A stretch of DNA of 64,000 bases from Sulfurospirillum sp. (GCA_045047115.1 JASFYR010000008.1:77278-141277); one strand, 5' to 3'. Shown: positions 40,279 through 51,124, numbered from the stretch's first letter. Notes: generated from the letters alone by a model not told the origin. A program made the numbers and translations.

Positions 40279-41631
40279 TTACATCCACTCTATCAACTTT
40301 GGTACTTCATCGATATTGTAACATTTTATTCCATCTATCTCTTCGATTGGAAGCGTAGGGACTATAGCTTTTGTAAAATGTTGACTCTTTGCCTCTTTAA
40401 GCCTTGCATCAAGGTTAAAAACATCTCTTATGTCTCCTATGAGACTTACTTCGCCCAAAAATACAGTGTCTTTACTGATAGGCCTGTCTCTAAAGCTACT
40501 GATGATAGCAGCTATGATAGCAAGATCTGCTGCAGTTTCATTTATTTTGATACCGCCTGCTATGTTTATAAAGACATCGTATTGATTAAGTGGAAGGTCT
40601 AGTTTCCTCTCTAAGAGAGCCAAAAGCATTGTAAGCCTGTTGAGTTCATAGCCAGTAGCGCTTCTTTTTGGATTTGGATATCCGCTTTCGCTTACAAGTG
40701 CCTGGACTTCAAGTATGATTGGGCGAGAGCCCTCCATGACAACTGTCGTGGCGGAGCCTGATTGGGCATTGCCTCTTGTGAAAAACTTTTTGGAGACATC
40801 TTTTGCACTGAGTAGTCCTCTTTTTGTCATCTCAAAGATTCCAACCTCACTGGTAGAGCCAAATCTATTCTTAAACCCTCTTAAGAGTCTTAGCTCTCTT
40901 GAACTGTCACCTTCAAAATATAAAACAGTATCAACCATATGCTCCAATACTCTGGGTCCGGCGATGGAACCTTCTTTAGTGATATGCCCTATGATAAAAA
41001 CTGCTACACCACTCTCTTTTGCATATCTCATCAAATCAAAAGTTATCTCTCTTACTTGCGAGACACTTCCGGGAGCTGCAGTAAGTTTATCACTAAATAC
41101 TGTCTGTATGGAGTCAATTATCAAGATACTGAAATCTTGTTTGCCTAACTCACCAAATATCGTATCTAGTCTGATTTCCGATAAAAGATAGAGATTGTCA
41201 CTATTGCTTTGTAGCCTGTCTGAGCGAAGTTTTATCTGACTTGCTGACTCTTCCGCACTGACATACAAGACCTTTCTGCCATTTTGTGCAAGGTTTCCGG
41301 CAATTTTCAGTAGAAGTGTTGATTTGCCGACCCCGGGACTCCCGCCTATGAGGACCATACTGCCATTTACTATGCCTCCTCCTAAAACCAGATCCAGCTC
41401 TTTGTCGCCACAGCTGTATCTTTGTATCTTTTCATGCTCGACTTGAGTTATAGGAATTGCTCCAATAGAATCTTTTTTTTGTACTCCTATGTCTTTCAAT
41501 GCCTCTATCTGCGTTGAATTTAACTCTAAAAATTGATCCCAAGCACCACAGTTTGGACACTTTCCCAGCCATTTACTGCTTTGGTGTCCGCAAGCCTGGC
41601 ACTCAAACAGAGTCTTAGCTTTTGCCATCAT
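40279..41631 (-). CDS. radA: DNA repair protein RadA/Sms
   Basis: C4 zinc finger, GSPGVGKS, KNRFG motif. Confidence 0.97.
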   Translation of the reverse strand: MMAKAKTLFECQACGHQSSKWLGKCPNCGAWDQFLELNSTQIEALKDIGVQKKDSIGAIPITQVEHEKIQRYSCGDKELDLVLGGGIVNGSMVLIGGSPGVGKSTLLLKIAGNLAQNGRKVLYVSAEESASQIKLRSDRLQSNSDNLYLLSEIRLDTIFGELGKQDFSILIIDSIQTVFSDKLTAAPGSVSQVREITFDLMRYAKESGVAVFIIGHITKEGSIAGPRVLEHMVDTVLYFEGDSSRELRLLRGFKNRFGSTSEVGIFEMTKRGLLSAKDVSKKFFTRGNAQSGSATTVVMEGSRPIILEVQALVSESGYPNPKRSATGYELNRLTMLLALLERKLDLPLNQYDVFINIAGGIKINETAADLAIIAAIISSFRDRPISKDTVFLGEVSLIGDIRDVFNLDARLKEAKSQHFTKAIVPTLPIEEIDGIKCYNIDEVPKLIEWM

Positions 41632-42505
41632 CTCTTACAAAGATAGACTCTAATATAGTCTCTATATACTCATCGGCATCAAACGCCACAAGGTCATTTT
41701 CACTCTCTCCGACACCAACATATATGATGGGAAGCTTTAACTCCTTTGCTATTGCAAACAGGGATCCGCCTTTTGCAGTGCCATCTAGTTTTGTGATGAT
41801 TATAGCATCAACTCCAACTATCTCATTAAAAGCTTTTGCCTGATTTATAGCAGAAGTTCCCTGTGTACCATCTAGTATCAAAATCTTCCTGTCTGGTGCT
41901 CCTTTTTTTGCTTTATCGCAAATCCTAACTATTTTTTTAAGCTCATTTGAGAGGTTTGTTTGATTGTGCAGTCTGCCTGCGGTGTCGATAATTACATTGT
42001 CCATATTTTTAGCAGTTGCAGAACTTATGGCATCAAATGCAACAGCTGAAGGATCATGTCCCTGTTTTGTAGAGACTATAGGGATATCAAGTTTGCTAGC
42101 CCATCTGCCAAGCTGCTCAATAGCTGCAGCTCTGAAAGTATCTGAGGCTCCCAGTAAAACTCTTTTTCCTTCCTTTTTATAGTTGTGTGCAAGTTTGGCT
42201 ATGGTTGTTGTTTTTCCTGCGCCATTGACACCAATCACCAGGTCAACAAAAGGTTTTTGTACCTCTTTATCCTCTGATTTATCGTATATAAAATATGATT
42301 TTAAAACTCTCTTTATGTCTTTTTCTTCCACTTTTTCTTGTGGAGGCAGATAGTAGATGATCTCTTCTACGAGTTCATAGGGCACATCCGATTCTATAAG
42401 AATCTCTTCAAGAGTATCTTTGTCAATTTTTTCAACTTTTTCTGGCAAAACCTCTTTTATGACATTTATGGTTTTACTGAGCCCTTTCTTTATAAAGCCT
42501 ATCAT
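41615..42505 (-). CDS. ftsY: SRP receptor GTPase FtsY
   Basis: GVNGAGKTTT, DTFRAAA, DTAGR, TKLDGTAKGG. Confidence 0.97.
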   Translation of the reverse strand: MIGFIKKGLSKTINVIKEVLPEKVEKIDKDTLEEILIESDVPYELVEEIIYYLPPQEKVEEKDIKRVLKSYFIYDKSEDKEVQKPFVDLVIGVNGAGKTTTIAKLAHNYKKEGKRVLLGASDTFRAAAIEQLGRWASKLDIPIVSTKQGHDPSAVAFDAISSATAKNMDNVIIDTAGRLHNQTNLSNELKKIVRICDKAKKGAPDRKILILDGTQGTSAINQAKAFNEIVGVDAIIITKLDGTAKGGSLFAIAKELKLPIIYVGVGESENDLVAFDADEYIETILESIFVRDDGKS

Positions 42506-43077
42506 TTTTTTAGTGCCGACGCTATATCGGAATCTATCATCTCTTCAGGAATGGCGCCCAGATAGTGCGTAACATAATCACCTTTTTTATCATACATCAG
42601 CATAAAAGGTATATTTCTGACTCCACCTATTTCGGCTGCAAAAGCTTGATTTGTGGGTGAATTTGTGATTGTGTAATTGATAGCATGGTAGTTTATAAAA
42701 TCTTTTAATTCATTTTCATCTTTATTGGACTCTATCAATACACCTATGATTTTAAGTTTTCCTTTATACTTCTCCTGCAGGTTGTTTAGATGGGGAATTT
42801 CTGCTTTGCAAGGCGGACACCAAGTTGCAAAAAAACTCACCAATACAACCTCATTTTTTGCATTTGAAAAGGTAAAGCCTTTGGCTGTTTTTGTTATCTC
42901 TATTTTTTTACCATCAGTAGTTGTTAAAACTATACTGTTGCTGTTTTTTTGTATGATTTTGGCTTTTTTAATCTCTTTTTTAACATTGGCATTTTTAGTT
43001 TCATTTTTTTCTTTAGAGCATGAAGCGAGGATTAGAGCTAAAACAAGCAACAAAAGATACGAGTATTTTTTCATCAT
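42502..43077 (-). CDS. TlpA-family thioredoxin-like lipoprotein
   Basis: Lipobox LASC; FFATWCPPCKAEIP. Confidence 0.9.
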   Translation of the reverse strand: MMKKYSYLLLLVLALILASCSKEKNETKNANVKKEIKKAKIIQKNSNSIVLTTTDGKKIEITKTAKGFTFSNAKNEVVLVSFFATWCPPCKAEIPHLNNLQEKYKGKLKIIGVLIESNKDENELKDFINYHAINYTITNSPTNQAFAAEIGGVRNIPFMLMYDKKGDYVTHYLGAIPEEMIDSDIASALKK

Positions 43078-43127
43078 AAAAACCTTTTTATAAAAATAAG
43101 GATAATATTGTATAAAAAATTTGCTTA

Positions 43128-43169
43128 AAAGCTAAAACAATGAAAAAAGAAAGCTAAAACAATGAAAAA
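43128..43169 (+). repeat. 20-bp tandem duplication covering the start codon of the cyclo-ligase gene
   Basis: AAAGCTAAAACAATGAAAAA at 43128-43147 and 43150-43169. Confidence 0.85.
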
Positions 43170-43725
43170 TATAGTATTTGAAAACAAACAGGATTTTAGA
43201 AAATTCTGTAAAAACAGACTAAAAAACAGTAGAAACAAAATCAAAAGAGATGTGCTTGTAAACCAAAAATTGCTAAATTATATAGATGAAATAAAAGCTA
43301 AAAACATACTGTTATATTTGCCTTTAAAAGAGGAGGCAAATATAATCAAACTTCTTCAAACAATCAGAAAAAGAGATCGATGCACTGTTTCTGTTCCATT
43401 TATGGAAGGTGTCAGCTTTAAAATGGTAAAATTTAGGTTGCCTCTGTATATAAAGAAATTTAATATAAAAGAGCCTAAAAATTCTTTTGCTATAAGCAAA
43501 AGGATAGATTTAGCTATTGTTCCATCTCTTGGGGTAGATGGAGTATTTAGAAGAATTGGTTTCGGAAAAGGGATGTATGATAGATTTTTTGAATCTCTTC
43601 CTTATAGACCAAAGATAGCATTTGTAGAGTCGGTTGAGTGTTTTACAGCTTCACATGTAGGAGAGTCACACGATATACAAGCAGATATATATATAACCCC
43701 TTATAAAATAATGAGACGAGGGTAA
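43162..43725 (+). CDS. ygfA: 5-formyltetrahydrofolate cyclo-ligase
   Basis: IKEP, DLAIVP, RRIGFGKGMYDRFF, HDI. Confidence 0.9.
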   Translation: MKNIVFENKQDFRKFCKNRLKNSRNKIKRDVLVNQKLLNYIDEIKAKNILLYLPLKEEANIIKLLQTIRKRDRCTVSVPFMEGVSFKMVKFRLPLYIKKFNIKEPKNSFAISKRIDLAIVPSLGVDGVFRRIGFGKGMYDRFFESLPYRPKIAFVESVECFTASHVGESHDIQADIYITPYKIMRRG

Positions 43726-43727
43726 AG

Positions 43728-45284
43728 ATGATATTAGAATCAACCGTAGTTGGTGTAAGCGCCATAGTGGGTGCTGGGATAGGGTTTTTTGCTGCAAAAA
43801 AAATAGAAGCGGCAAATTATGAGGTGCATGTAGAACAGGCAAAAGCAAAGGCAAAAGCGATAGAACATGAAGCTGAGCTCATACTGAAAAATAGCAACAT
43901 AAAAGTAAAAGAGGCTGAACTGGAAGCCAGACAAAAGTATGAAGATAAACTCATAACATACAAGAAAGAGTACTCCGGAAAGATGTTGGATCTTGAGAAA
44001 AAAGAGGAACATTTTAAAGAGGAACTCAAAAAGATAAACAAAGAAAAGAGTGAACTTGGCAATATACAAAAAGAGGCAAAAGAGCTATATGCCGAGGGAG
44101 AAAAACTCAAAAACGAATATACCAGCAAAGTTCAGGAAGCCTTGAATGTACTCGAAAAATCTGCAGGTCTTACTCAAAGTGAAGCAAGAGATATAGTCCT
44201 CAAAAAAGTAGAAGAGCAATCTCGTTCAGAGATAGCCCATATAGTCAGAAAATACGAAGAAGAAGCAAAGCAGGATGTAAGAAGAAGAGTAAACTATATA
44301 CTGGCTCAAGCTACAAGTAGATTTGCCGGTGAATTTGCGGCAGAGAGACTCATAAATGTTGTAAATATAAAAAATGATGAATTAAAAGGCAGGATAATAG
44401 GAAAAGAGGGAAGAAATATAAAAGCTCTAGAGATGCTTTTGGGTGTGGATATCATCATAGATGATACACCAAATGCTATCATTCTGAGCAGTTTTAACCT
44501 CTATAGAAGAGCTGTTGCTACCAAAGTTATAGAGCTTTTGGTGGAAGATGGAAGAATCCAGCCAGCCAGAATTGAAGCGATATATGAAAAAGTAAAAGAG
44601 GAGTTTGACAAAGGCTTGATAGAAGAGGGTGAAAATATCCTTATGGATTTAGGTCTCACAAAAGTACATCCTGAGATAGTTAAGCTCATAGGAAGACTAA
44701 AATTTAGAGCAAGTTATGGACAAAATGCTCTTGGGCACTCACTAGAAGTCGCACATCTTGCAGGCATCATAGCAGCAGAGTGCGGTGGAGACGAGATGCT
44801 AGCTAGAAGAGCTGGAATTCTACACGACATAGGAAAAGCACTTACTCATGATTTTCCTGGAAGCCATGTTGACTTGGGTGCTGATATATGTAAAAGATAC
44901 AAAGAGAAAGATGTTGTTATTAATGCCATCTATGCGCACCACGGACACGAAGAGCCGACAAGTGTAGAATCAGCTGCAGTTTGTGCAGCAGATACACTCT
45001 CAGCTGCCAGACCGGGAGCCAGAAGAGAAGTGCTGGAGGCATTTTTGAAGAGGGTCAAGAGTATAGAAGAGATAGCCACCGATAAAGACGGTATAAAACA
45101 GGCTTATGCTATAAACGCCGGAAGAGAAGTCAGAGTCATAGCAAATGCCAAGCTTGTAAATGATGATGAGGCTGTGCTTTTGGCAAAAGAGATAGCAAAA
45201 GAGATAGAAGAAAAAGTGCAGTATCCGGGTGAAATTAAAGTCAATGTTATAAGAGAAGTTCGTTCTATCGACTTTGCCAGATAG
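43728..45284 (+). CDS. rny: Ribonuclease Y
   Basis: TM anchor, coiled coil, KH (KGRIIGKEGRNI), HD (LHDIGK). Confidence 0.97.
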   Translation: MILESTVVGVSAIVGAGIGFFAAKKIEAANYEVHVEQAKAKAKAIEHEAELILKNSNIKVKEAELEARQKYEDKLITYKKEYSGKMLDLEKKEEHFKEELKKINKEKSELGNIQKEAKELYAEGEKLKNEYTSKVQEALNVLEKSAGLTQSEARDIVLKKVEEQSRSEIAHIVRKYEEEAKQDVRRRVNYILAQATSRFAGEFAAERLINVVNIKNDELKGRIIGKEGRNIKALEMLLGVDIIIDDTPNAIILSSFNLYRRAVATKVIELLVEDGRIQPARIEAIYEKVKEEFDKGLIEEGENILMDLGLTKVHPEIVKLIGRLKFRASYGQNALGHSLEVAHLAGIIAAECGGDEMLARRAGILHDIGKALTHDFPGSHVDLGADICKRYKEKDVVINAIYAHHGHEEPTSVESAAVCAADTLSAARPGARREVLEAFLKRVKSIEEIATDKDGIKQAYAINAGREVRVIANAKLVNDDEAVLLAKEIAKEIEEKVQYPGEIKVNVIREVRSIDFAR

Positions 45285-45311
45285 CTCTATATGTAGAGGT
45301 GAATTTTAGAT

Positions 45312-47075
45312 ATGTACAGCTTCGATAAGTTTTTTGAAGAAGCTAAGAGATATAAAAAAGAGCTGATATATGCAAATGTATTGGCTCTTCTTGCTGTTAT
45401 AGTCAGTACTCCCGCGCCTCTTGTTATGCCTGTTCTTGTAGATGAAGTTTTACTTAAGAAGCCAGGCATCGTTACAAACAGCATAGATGCTTTTTTTGGT
45501 CATCCTTCTACAGCTTATGTTTATGTCGGGATAATGCTTGTTTTGGTTATCTTGCTTCGGGCTTTGTATTTTATTTTGAATTATTATCAAACAAAACTTT
45601 TTACTGTGGTTTCTAAAAATATCTCTTTTAAACTAAGAGAGGATTTATTGAAACATTTAAGCTGTGTTGCTATAAATGAGTTGGAATTTTTTGGCTCAGG
45701 CAAGAGTGCCTCTTTGATGGTGGTTGATGTAGATACTATAGAGAACTTTTTGGGCTCATTTGTGAGTCGTCTCATCATCTCTGTTTTGACCATCATCGGA
45801 GTTGGTATTGTCCTTTTGATGATTCAATGGAAATTAGCACTTTTTATACTCTTTTTAAATCCATTTGTTGTAGTTTTGACAACAAAAATAGCCAAAAAAG
45901 TCTCTGTCTTAAAGAGAGAGCAAAACAGAGCTTTTGAAGTTTTTCAAGAGTCTTTAAGCGAAACATTGGAGCTTTTTTCTCAGGTAAGAGCTGCAAATCA
46001 AGATAAAAATTTTTTCTCAAGAGTGATAACCAGCGCAAAAGAGATAAAAAACAAATCGATAGAGTTTACCTATAAAAGTGACGGCGCAAGCAGACTCTCA
46101 TTTTTGGTATTTTTGTCAGGTTTTGAAGTTTTTAGAGCAGCTAGTATTTTGGTGGTTGCGTATTCGGACCTGACTATCGGTTTAATGTTGGGAATCTTTG
46201 GTTATCTTTGGGTTATGATGAATCCTATCCAGGATATTTTAAATATCCAGTATGCATATCAAAATGCAAGAAAATCTCTACAAAGAATCAACTCTATATT
46301 TGCTCTTAGGTGCGAACCGCAATATAAACACAAATACAATCCTTTTGTAAAAAATCCAACAAATAAAATAGAGGTAAAAAATTTAACATTTGCTTATGAA
46401 GATGAAAAAAATATACTCCAAAATATAAATCTAAAGATTAGAAGAGGTATGAAAATCGCAATAGTCGGCGCAAGTGGGAGTGGCAAGACTACCTTGGCAA
46501 ATCTACTGGTCGGACTGTATGCTTTTGAAAAAGGAGATATACTTTATGATGACTGTTCTATCAAAGATATAGGCTTGGATGTGGTAAGAGACCATGTTTA
46601 TCTTGTTTTGCAAAATCCACAAATGTTCAACGACACTATCAGGGCAAATTTGACATTTGGTGAAAAAGTAGATGATGAAAAGCTGTATAAGGCTTTAGAG
46701 ATAGCGCAATTGGGTGGTTTTATCGAAGAGTTAAAAAATGGACTTGACACACAGATAGGCAGAAATGGTGTCAAACTTTCAGGTGGACAGAGACAGAGGA
46801 TATCTATAGCCAGGATGATAGTTCAAAATCCAAATATAGTCATACTGGACGAGTCCACATCGGCACTTGATGTGCATACGGAAAATAGACTGTTTGAGTC
46901 GTTAAATGATTATTTAAAAGATAAGACTACAATTATAATAGCACATAGACTAAGCACCATAAGAAAAGCTGACTATATCTATGTGTTGGATCACGGAGTT
47001 ATAGAAGAAGAGGGCACTCATGACGAGCTGATGAGCTTGGAAGGTACATTTTACAGTTATACAAAAGGAGTTTAA
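45312..47075 (+). CDS. ABC exporter, fused permease/ATPase
   Basis: TM domain, GASGSGKT, LSGGQRQR, ILDESTSALD, IAHRLST. Confidence 0.93.
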   Translation: MYSFDKFFEEAKRYKKELIYANVLALLAVIVSTPAPLVMPVLVDEVLLKKPGIVTNSIDAFFGHPSTAYVYVGIMLVLVILLRALYFILNYYQTKLFTVVSKNISFKLREDLLKHLSCVAINELEFFGSGKSASLMVVDVDTIENFLGSFVSRLIISVLTIIGVGIVLLMIQWKLALFILFLNPFVVVLTTKIAKKVSVLKREQNRAFEVFQESLSETLELFSQVRAANQDKNFFSRVITSAKEIKNKSIEFTYKSDGASRLSFLVFLSGFEVFRAASILVVAYSDLTIGLMLGIFGYLWVMMNPIQDILNIQYAYQNARKSLQRINSIFALRCEPQYKHKYNPFVKNPTNKIEVKNLTFAYEDEKNILQNINLKIRRGMKIAIVGASGSGKTTLANLLVGLYAFEKGDILYDDCSIKDIGLDVVRDHVYLVLQNPQMFNDTIRANLTFGEKVDDEKLYKALEIAQLGGFIEELKNGLDTQIGRNGVKLSGGQRQRISIARMIVQNPNIVILDESTSALDVHTENRLFESLNDYLKDKTTIIIAHRLSTIRKADYIYVLDHGVIEEEGTHDELMSLEGTFYSYTKGV

Positions 47076-47077
47076 AT

Positions 47078-47734
47078 ATGAAAAGGATTCTGTTTTTATT
47101 TATGTCAGTTTTGCTGTTTTCGAGTAGTTTGTTTGCAGGAGCAAATGAAGAGTTGCTTGATTCAGCAAACAGTTTAAAAGAGATACTAAGAGTAAATAAG
47201 ATACCAACAAAAATACTCTTAAGATCAAAAGCGATAGTAGTAATCCCAAGTGCCACAAAGATAGGCTTTTTTATCGGTGGTGAGTTTGGAAACGGGGTTG
47301 CTAGCATAAGAAAGGGTGATGGATCTTGGAGCAATCCTTTCTTTGTGAAACTTCAAAGTGGCAGTTTGGGCTGGCAGTTTGGATATGAACATAACTCTGT
47401 TTTGCTGATTTTCAATAGTACCAAAAGTGTAAATTCACTATTGAGCAGAAGCATAACTATGGGTGCAGATGCCTCTGTATCAGCAGGTCCTCTTGCTAAG
47501 ACTTTTGAGAAAAACAGCAAGATAAATCTTAGTGCAGAAGTTTATGCTTATAGAAAATCAGAAGGTCTGTTTTTGGGTGTTTCGCTAAAAGGAGCTGTTA
47601 TAAATCAAGATTTGGACAGAGATATAGAGTACTATGGCAATGGCATAAAAGCAGCAGGTATTGTAGCGATGCCTCAAAAACACGACTCTTATGCCATAAA
47701 AGAGTTCTTTAGTTCCATAAATACTATACAATAA
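47078..47734 (+). CDS. Ysc84/SYLF lipid-binding domain protein
   Basis: Signal peptide; KIGFFIGGEFGNG, WSNP, GSLGWQFG, GLFLGVSLKG. Confidence 0.88.
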   Translation: MKRILFLFMSVLLFSSSLFAGANEELLDSANSLKEILRVNKIPTKILLRSKAIVVIPSATKIGFFIGGEFGNGVASIRKGDGSWSNPFFVKLQSGSLGWQFGYEHNSVLLIFNSTKSVNSLLSRSITMGADASVSAGPLAKTFEKNSKINLSAEVYAYRKSEGLFLGVSLKGAVINQDLDRDIEYYGNGIKAAGIVAMPQKHDSYAIKEFFSSINTIQ

Positions 47735-47742
47735 GGAAAAAT

Positions 47743-48315
47743 TTGCAAGATATATTAAATTCACTATCAACCTATGGGTACATAATCTTATTTATATACT
47801 CTCTAGGTGGTGGTATGGTAGCACTTATAGCTGCCGGTGTACTCTCTTACTCTGGACAGATGGATTTGAGTCTCTCTATTTTAGTGGCTTTCGTGGCAAA
47901 TGCCATAGGGGATTCACTGCTTTTTTATATAAGTAGATACAACAAAGCCCAAATGATGCCATATCTGAAAAAACACAGAAGAAAGTTGGCTTTGAGTCAC
48001 CTTTTGATGAAGAAGTATGGAGATAAAATCATCTTTTTTCAAAAATTTGTTTATGGGATAAAGACACTCATTCCTATAGCCATAGGATTCACAAAATACA
48101 GTGCTTTTAAGTTTAATGCTTTAAATATAATCTCAGCAGCACTTTGGAGTCTTATAGTGGCATTTGCAAGCTATAAAGCAGGAGAGACTTTGATGAAAGC
48201 AAGCAAATACATTTCGTCAAATCCTTGGCTCGCACCTTTGATACTCATATCGCTTTTAGGACTGTTGTGGCTCTATATGCAGTTAGCAACAAAGAAGAAG
48301 AAGAGAGTGGTTTAA
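47743..48315 (+). CDS. DedA family membrane protein
   Basis: YGYIILF.YSLGGG, GDSLLFY, QKFVYGIKT. Confidence 0.85.
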   Translation: MQDILNSLSTYGYIILFIYSLGGGMVALIAAGVLSYSGQMDLSLSILVAFVANAIGDSLLFYISRYNKAQMMPYLKKHRRKLALSHLLMKKYGDKIIFFQKFVYGIKTLIPIAIGFTKYSAFKFNALNIISAALWSLIVAFASYKAGETLMKASKYISSNPWLAPLILISLLGLLWLYMQLATKKKKRVV

Positions 48316-48326
48316 ACTCCACTCTC
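48303..48326. terminator. Hairpin between convergent genes
   Basis: GAGAGTGG-N8-CCACTCTC. Confidence 0.5.
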
Positions 48327-48338
48327 AAATATTTTATA

Positions 48339-48830
48339 CTATAGGCTCTCTTTTATCTCTATACTCTCTATCTTGTCACCTTGTTGTATGGCATCAAGGA
48401 CTTTCATACTCTCCTCATCACCATCTTCTATACCGCCAAAGACTGTGTGGACACCATCTAGGTGTGGTAGGTTGTCATAACAGATAAAAAACTGGCTTCC
48501 ACCTGTGTCTCTTCCTGCGTGAGCCATGGAGAGCTTTCCTTTTGAGTGTTTGCTTGTTTGGTTATCGCACTCACAAGCTATACTCCAGCCAGGACCACCT
48601 GTGCCAGTTCCCAAAGGACATCCGCCTTGGGCTACAAAGCCTGGAATCACTCTGTGAAAATTCAATCCATTGTAAAAACCGTCATTTACCAAGCTGGCAA
48701 AGTTTGCAACAGTATTTGGAGTCTCCTGCGGATATAGTTTTACTCTCATTTCACCATCTTTTGTTTTAATGACAGCCCACTGAAACTTGTTTAGTTCCTC
48801 TTGTGTATAGTCGTATTTTTTTAAACTCAT
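48339..48830 (-). CDS. Cyclophilin-type peptidyl-prolyl cis-trans isomerase
   Basis: FYNGLNFHRVIPGFVAQGG, SMAHAGRDTGGSQFFI, HLDGVHTVFG. Confidence 0.95.
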   Translation of the reverse strand: MSLKKYDYTQEELNKFQWAVIKTKDGEMRVKLYPQETPNTVANFASLVNDGFYNGLNFHRVIPGFVAQGGCPLGTGTGGPGWSIACECDNQTSKHSKGKLSMAHAGRDTGGSQFFICYDNLPHLDGVHTVFGGIEDGDEESMKVLDAIQQGDKIESIEIKESL

Positions 48831-48867
48831 TTTTTTGCCTTTGTAAAAATTTTGAAGCTAATTATAT

Positions 48868-49503
48868 CTAAAGTAGAGTTAATTTTCCATTTTTTACTTC
48901 GTAAGTTTTGTCTGCTATTTTTTTGCAGTCATCTAACTCGTGAGTGACCATTATAGTACATATCTGTTTTGTTTTTGTGATATTTTTTACAAGTTTTAGC
49001 ATATGCTCTCTGGTGTTAAAATCAAGTCCGGTAAATGGCTCATCAAGCAGCAGTACAGGTTTGTTTCTTAAAAGCGATCTGGCAAGCGCTACTCTTTGTT
49101 GCTGACCGCCTGAGAGGGTTGAGGCAATTTTTTTTTCAAAGCCTTCGAGTCCTACCTCTTTAAGAATTTCATATACTTTTTTCAATATATTATTTTTACA
49201 AGAGCCACTTATGCCCAAAAGTACATTTCTTTCAACACTCAAATGTTCAAATAAATTGTAATTTTGAAACAGTATCGTGACAGGTCTCTTTTCCGGTGGA
49301 AGATGAGTCAAATCTTTTTCATCAAGAGTTATTTTACCGCCAACTGGCGATAAGAAACCGGCTACCAGATCCAAAAGCGTGGATTTTCCATTGCCGCTTG
49401 CTCCTATGATGCCCACCACTTCCCCTTTTTTTGCATCCAGTGAAAAATCATATCTGTCTTCATCTTTATAATTATAAACAACTCTATCAACTCTTAACAA
49501 CAC
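48868..49503 (-). CDS. thiQ: Thiamine ABC transporter ATPase
   Basis: GASGNGKST, RPVTILFQNYNLF.HL, LSGGQQQR; follows thiP; GTG start inferred. Confidence 0.85.
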   Translation of the reverse strand: MLLRVDRVVYNYKDEDRYDFSLDAKKGEVVGIIGASGNGKSTLLDLVAGFLSPVGGKITLDEKDLTHLPPEKRPVTILFQNYNLFEHLSVERNVLLGISGSCKNNILKKVYEILKEVGLEGFEKKIASTLSGGQQQRVALARSLLRNKPVLLLDEPFTGLDFNTREHMLKLVKNITKTKQICTIMVTHELDDCKKIADKTYEVKNGKLTLL

Positions 49504-51124
49504 TTTTTCCTTTAAACAGTTTTGGTACAAATATAAAAACAGTCAAAACCAAAACAAGCAATATAAGCGCAACACCTGAAGCATCACTGTTTCGATATGA
49601 GCCCATGAGTCCATACAGATACCAAGGCAGGGTTGAAAAGTCTTGACTTCCGAAAAGAGATATGACTCCCAAATCACCCAGTGACAAGCAAAAAGAGAGG
49701 GCTAAAACATAGCCTATAGACTCTTTGAGATATGGCCATTCACAATATCTCCATCTTTCAAAGCCACTGATACCCAGACTGAAACACAGTTTATCATATC
49801 TTTTTGCAGTTTTTAGCATGGATGGATACAAGACAGAGAGAGAAAAAGGCAGAGACATAAGGACATTTGCACTTAAGAGTGCGAAAATTGCCCAAAAAGT
49901 GAGTGGAGCTGAAAATCTCTGAGACAAAAGAAAAAATCCAAGCCCTAAAACCAAAGAGGGTATAGCGAGATACAGAGTTCCCGAAAAAGAGATGACAAAT
50001 GCTAGAAATCTTCCTGTTTTTCCTCCTCGTATGCGATGATTTAGTGCAAAATTTCTTTTAGAACCGGCAAGTGCCAGTGTAAACATAACCGTGATAATGC
50101 AAGATATGGAAGCTATAATGATGCTAGTGAAGAATGATTTGAAAAATATGGCTGATTTTATTATTCTTGTAAAATCAGATGTTATGCCATCAAAAAATAT
50201 AGCGACTAAAGGCAGGATAAAAAATAGACCAAATATAGTTATAGCAGTCTTTTGCAATGCTCTCACTCCAAATGGCTCTCTCCATGGTATGAGAAACTCT
50301 TGTGTTTTTATGTTTGATATACCTGTTTTTAAACTCGAAGAAAAGAGGACCAAAATCACAGATATGCCAAGCTGGACAAATGCCAACTCAAGCGCTAAAG
50401 ATATATCAAAATCAAGCTTAACAGCTTCATATATGGCAACTTCAAGCGTATTGTAACTAGGGTTTCCGCCCAAGATCAAAACTATGGCAAATGAAGTAAA
50501 ACAGAGTAAAAATATAGTAGAAGATGTGCTAAAAAGGGTTGATTTTATAGCTGGAAACTCTATGATTTTAAATCTCTGAAGCGTGGAAAAACCCAAACTT
50601 TTTGCGAGTTTGTATCTCTCTTTTGGTATGGATTCAAAGCTGTGCAAAAGTGCTCTTGCGGCAAATGAGGCATTTAGATATGTGTGAGCTATCAGTATGC
50701 CGCTTAATCCATATAAAAACCCTTCAAAGGAGTGGTTAAAAAGATAGAGGCTTAGATGGTTGAGCCAACCGTTTCGTCCTAATATAGTGATGAGCCCAAA
50801 GACAACGATGATAGTGGGCAAAACCAAAGATGAAGAGAAAAGGGCGATGAGAAGTGAACGCGTGAAAAATCTTGATTGATGAGCCAGACTCCAAGCCAAA
50901 AAAGTCCCCAGCAGAGCAGAAAACAGAGTGGAAAGTGCAGCTTGAAAAAGAGTAAATTTTAAAAGCCCTATAACTCTTTCATTGAGTACTTCAAAAAGAG
51001 ATGTGTTGCTGTTGGCTACCGTATAAAGGGTGAAAAAAAGTGCAAAAGCAAGAGAGAGCAAGAAAAAGGAGATAAGAAGCCCAGGTATGAGTGAGCCTCT
51101 AAATCTCAAATACTCTTTTATCAT
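49487..51124 (-). CDS. thiP: Thiamine ABC transporter permease
   Basis: FTLFQAALST, GRNGW, FLLCFTSFA, TLEVAIY, SLGDLGVI..FGS, TLPWYLY..MGSYR. Confidence 0.9.
   Translation of the reverse strand: MIKEYLRFRGSLIPGLLISFFLLSLAFALFFTLYTVANSNTSLFEVLNERVIGLLKFTLFQAALSTLFSALLGTFLAWSLAHQSRFFTRSLLIALFSSSLVLPTIIVVFGLITILGRNGWLNHLSLYLFNHSFEGFLYGLSGILIAHTYLNASFAARALLHSFESIPKERYKLAKSLGFSTLQRFKIIEFPAIKSTLFSTSSTIFLLCFTSFAIVLILGGNPSYNTLEVAIYEAVKLDFDISLALELAFVQLGISVILVLFSSSLKTGISNIKTQEFLIPWREPFGVRALQKTAITIFGLFFILPLVAIFFDGITSDFTRIIKSAIFFKSFFTSIIIASISCIITVMFTLALAGSKRNFALNHRIRGGKTGRFLAFVISFSGTLYLAIPSLVLGLGFFLLSQRFSAPLTFWAIFALLSANVLMSLPFSLSVLYPSMLKTAKRYDKLCFSLGISGFERWRYCEWPYLKESIGYVLALSFCLSLGDLGVISLFGSQDFSTLPWYLYGLMGSYRNSDASGVALILLVLVLTVFIFVPKLFKGKSVVKS

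Noticed and set aside
43078..43161. 6S RNA upstream of ygfA
   Set aside because: The gap is only about 85 nt, A-rich and unstructured
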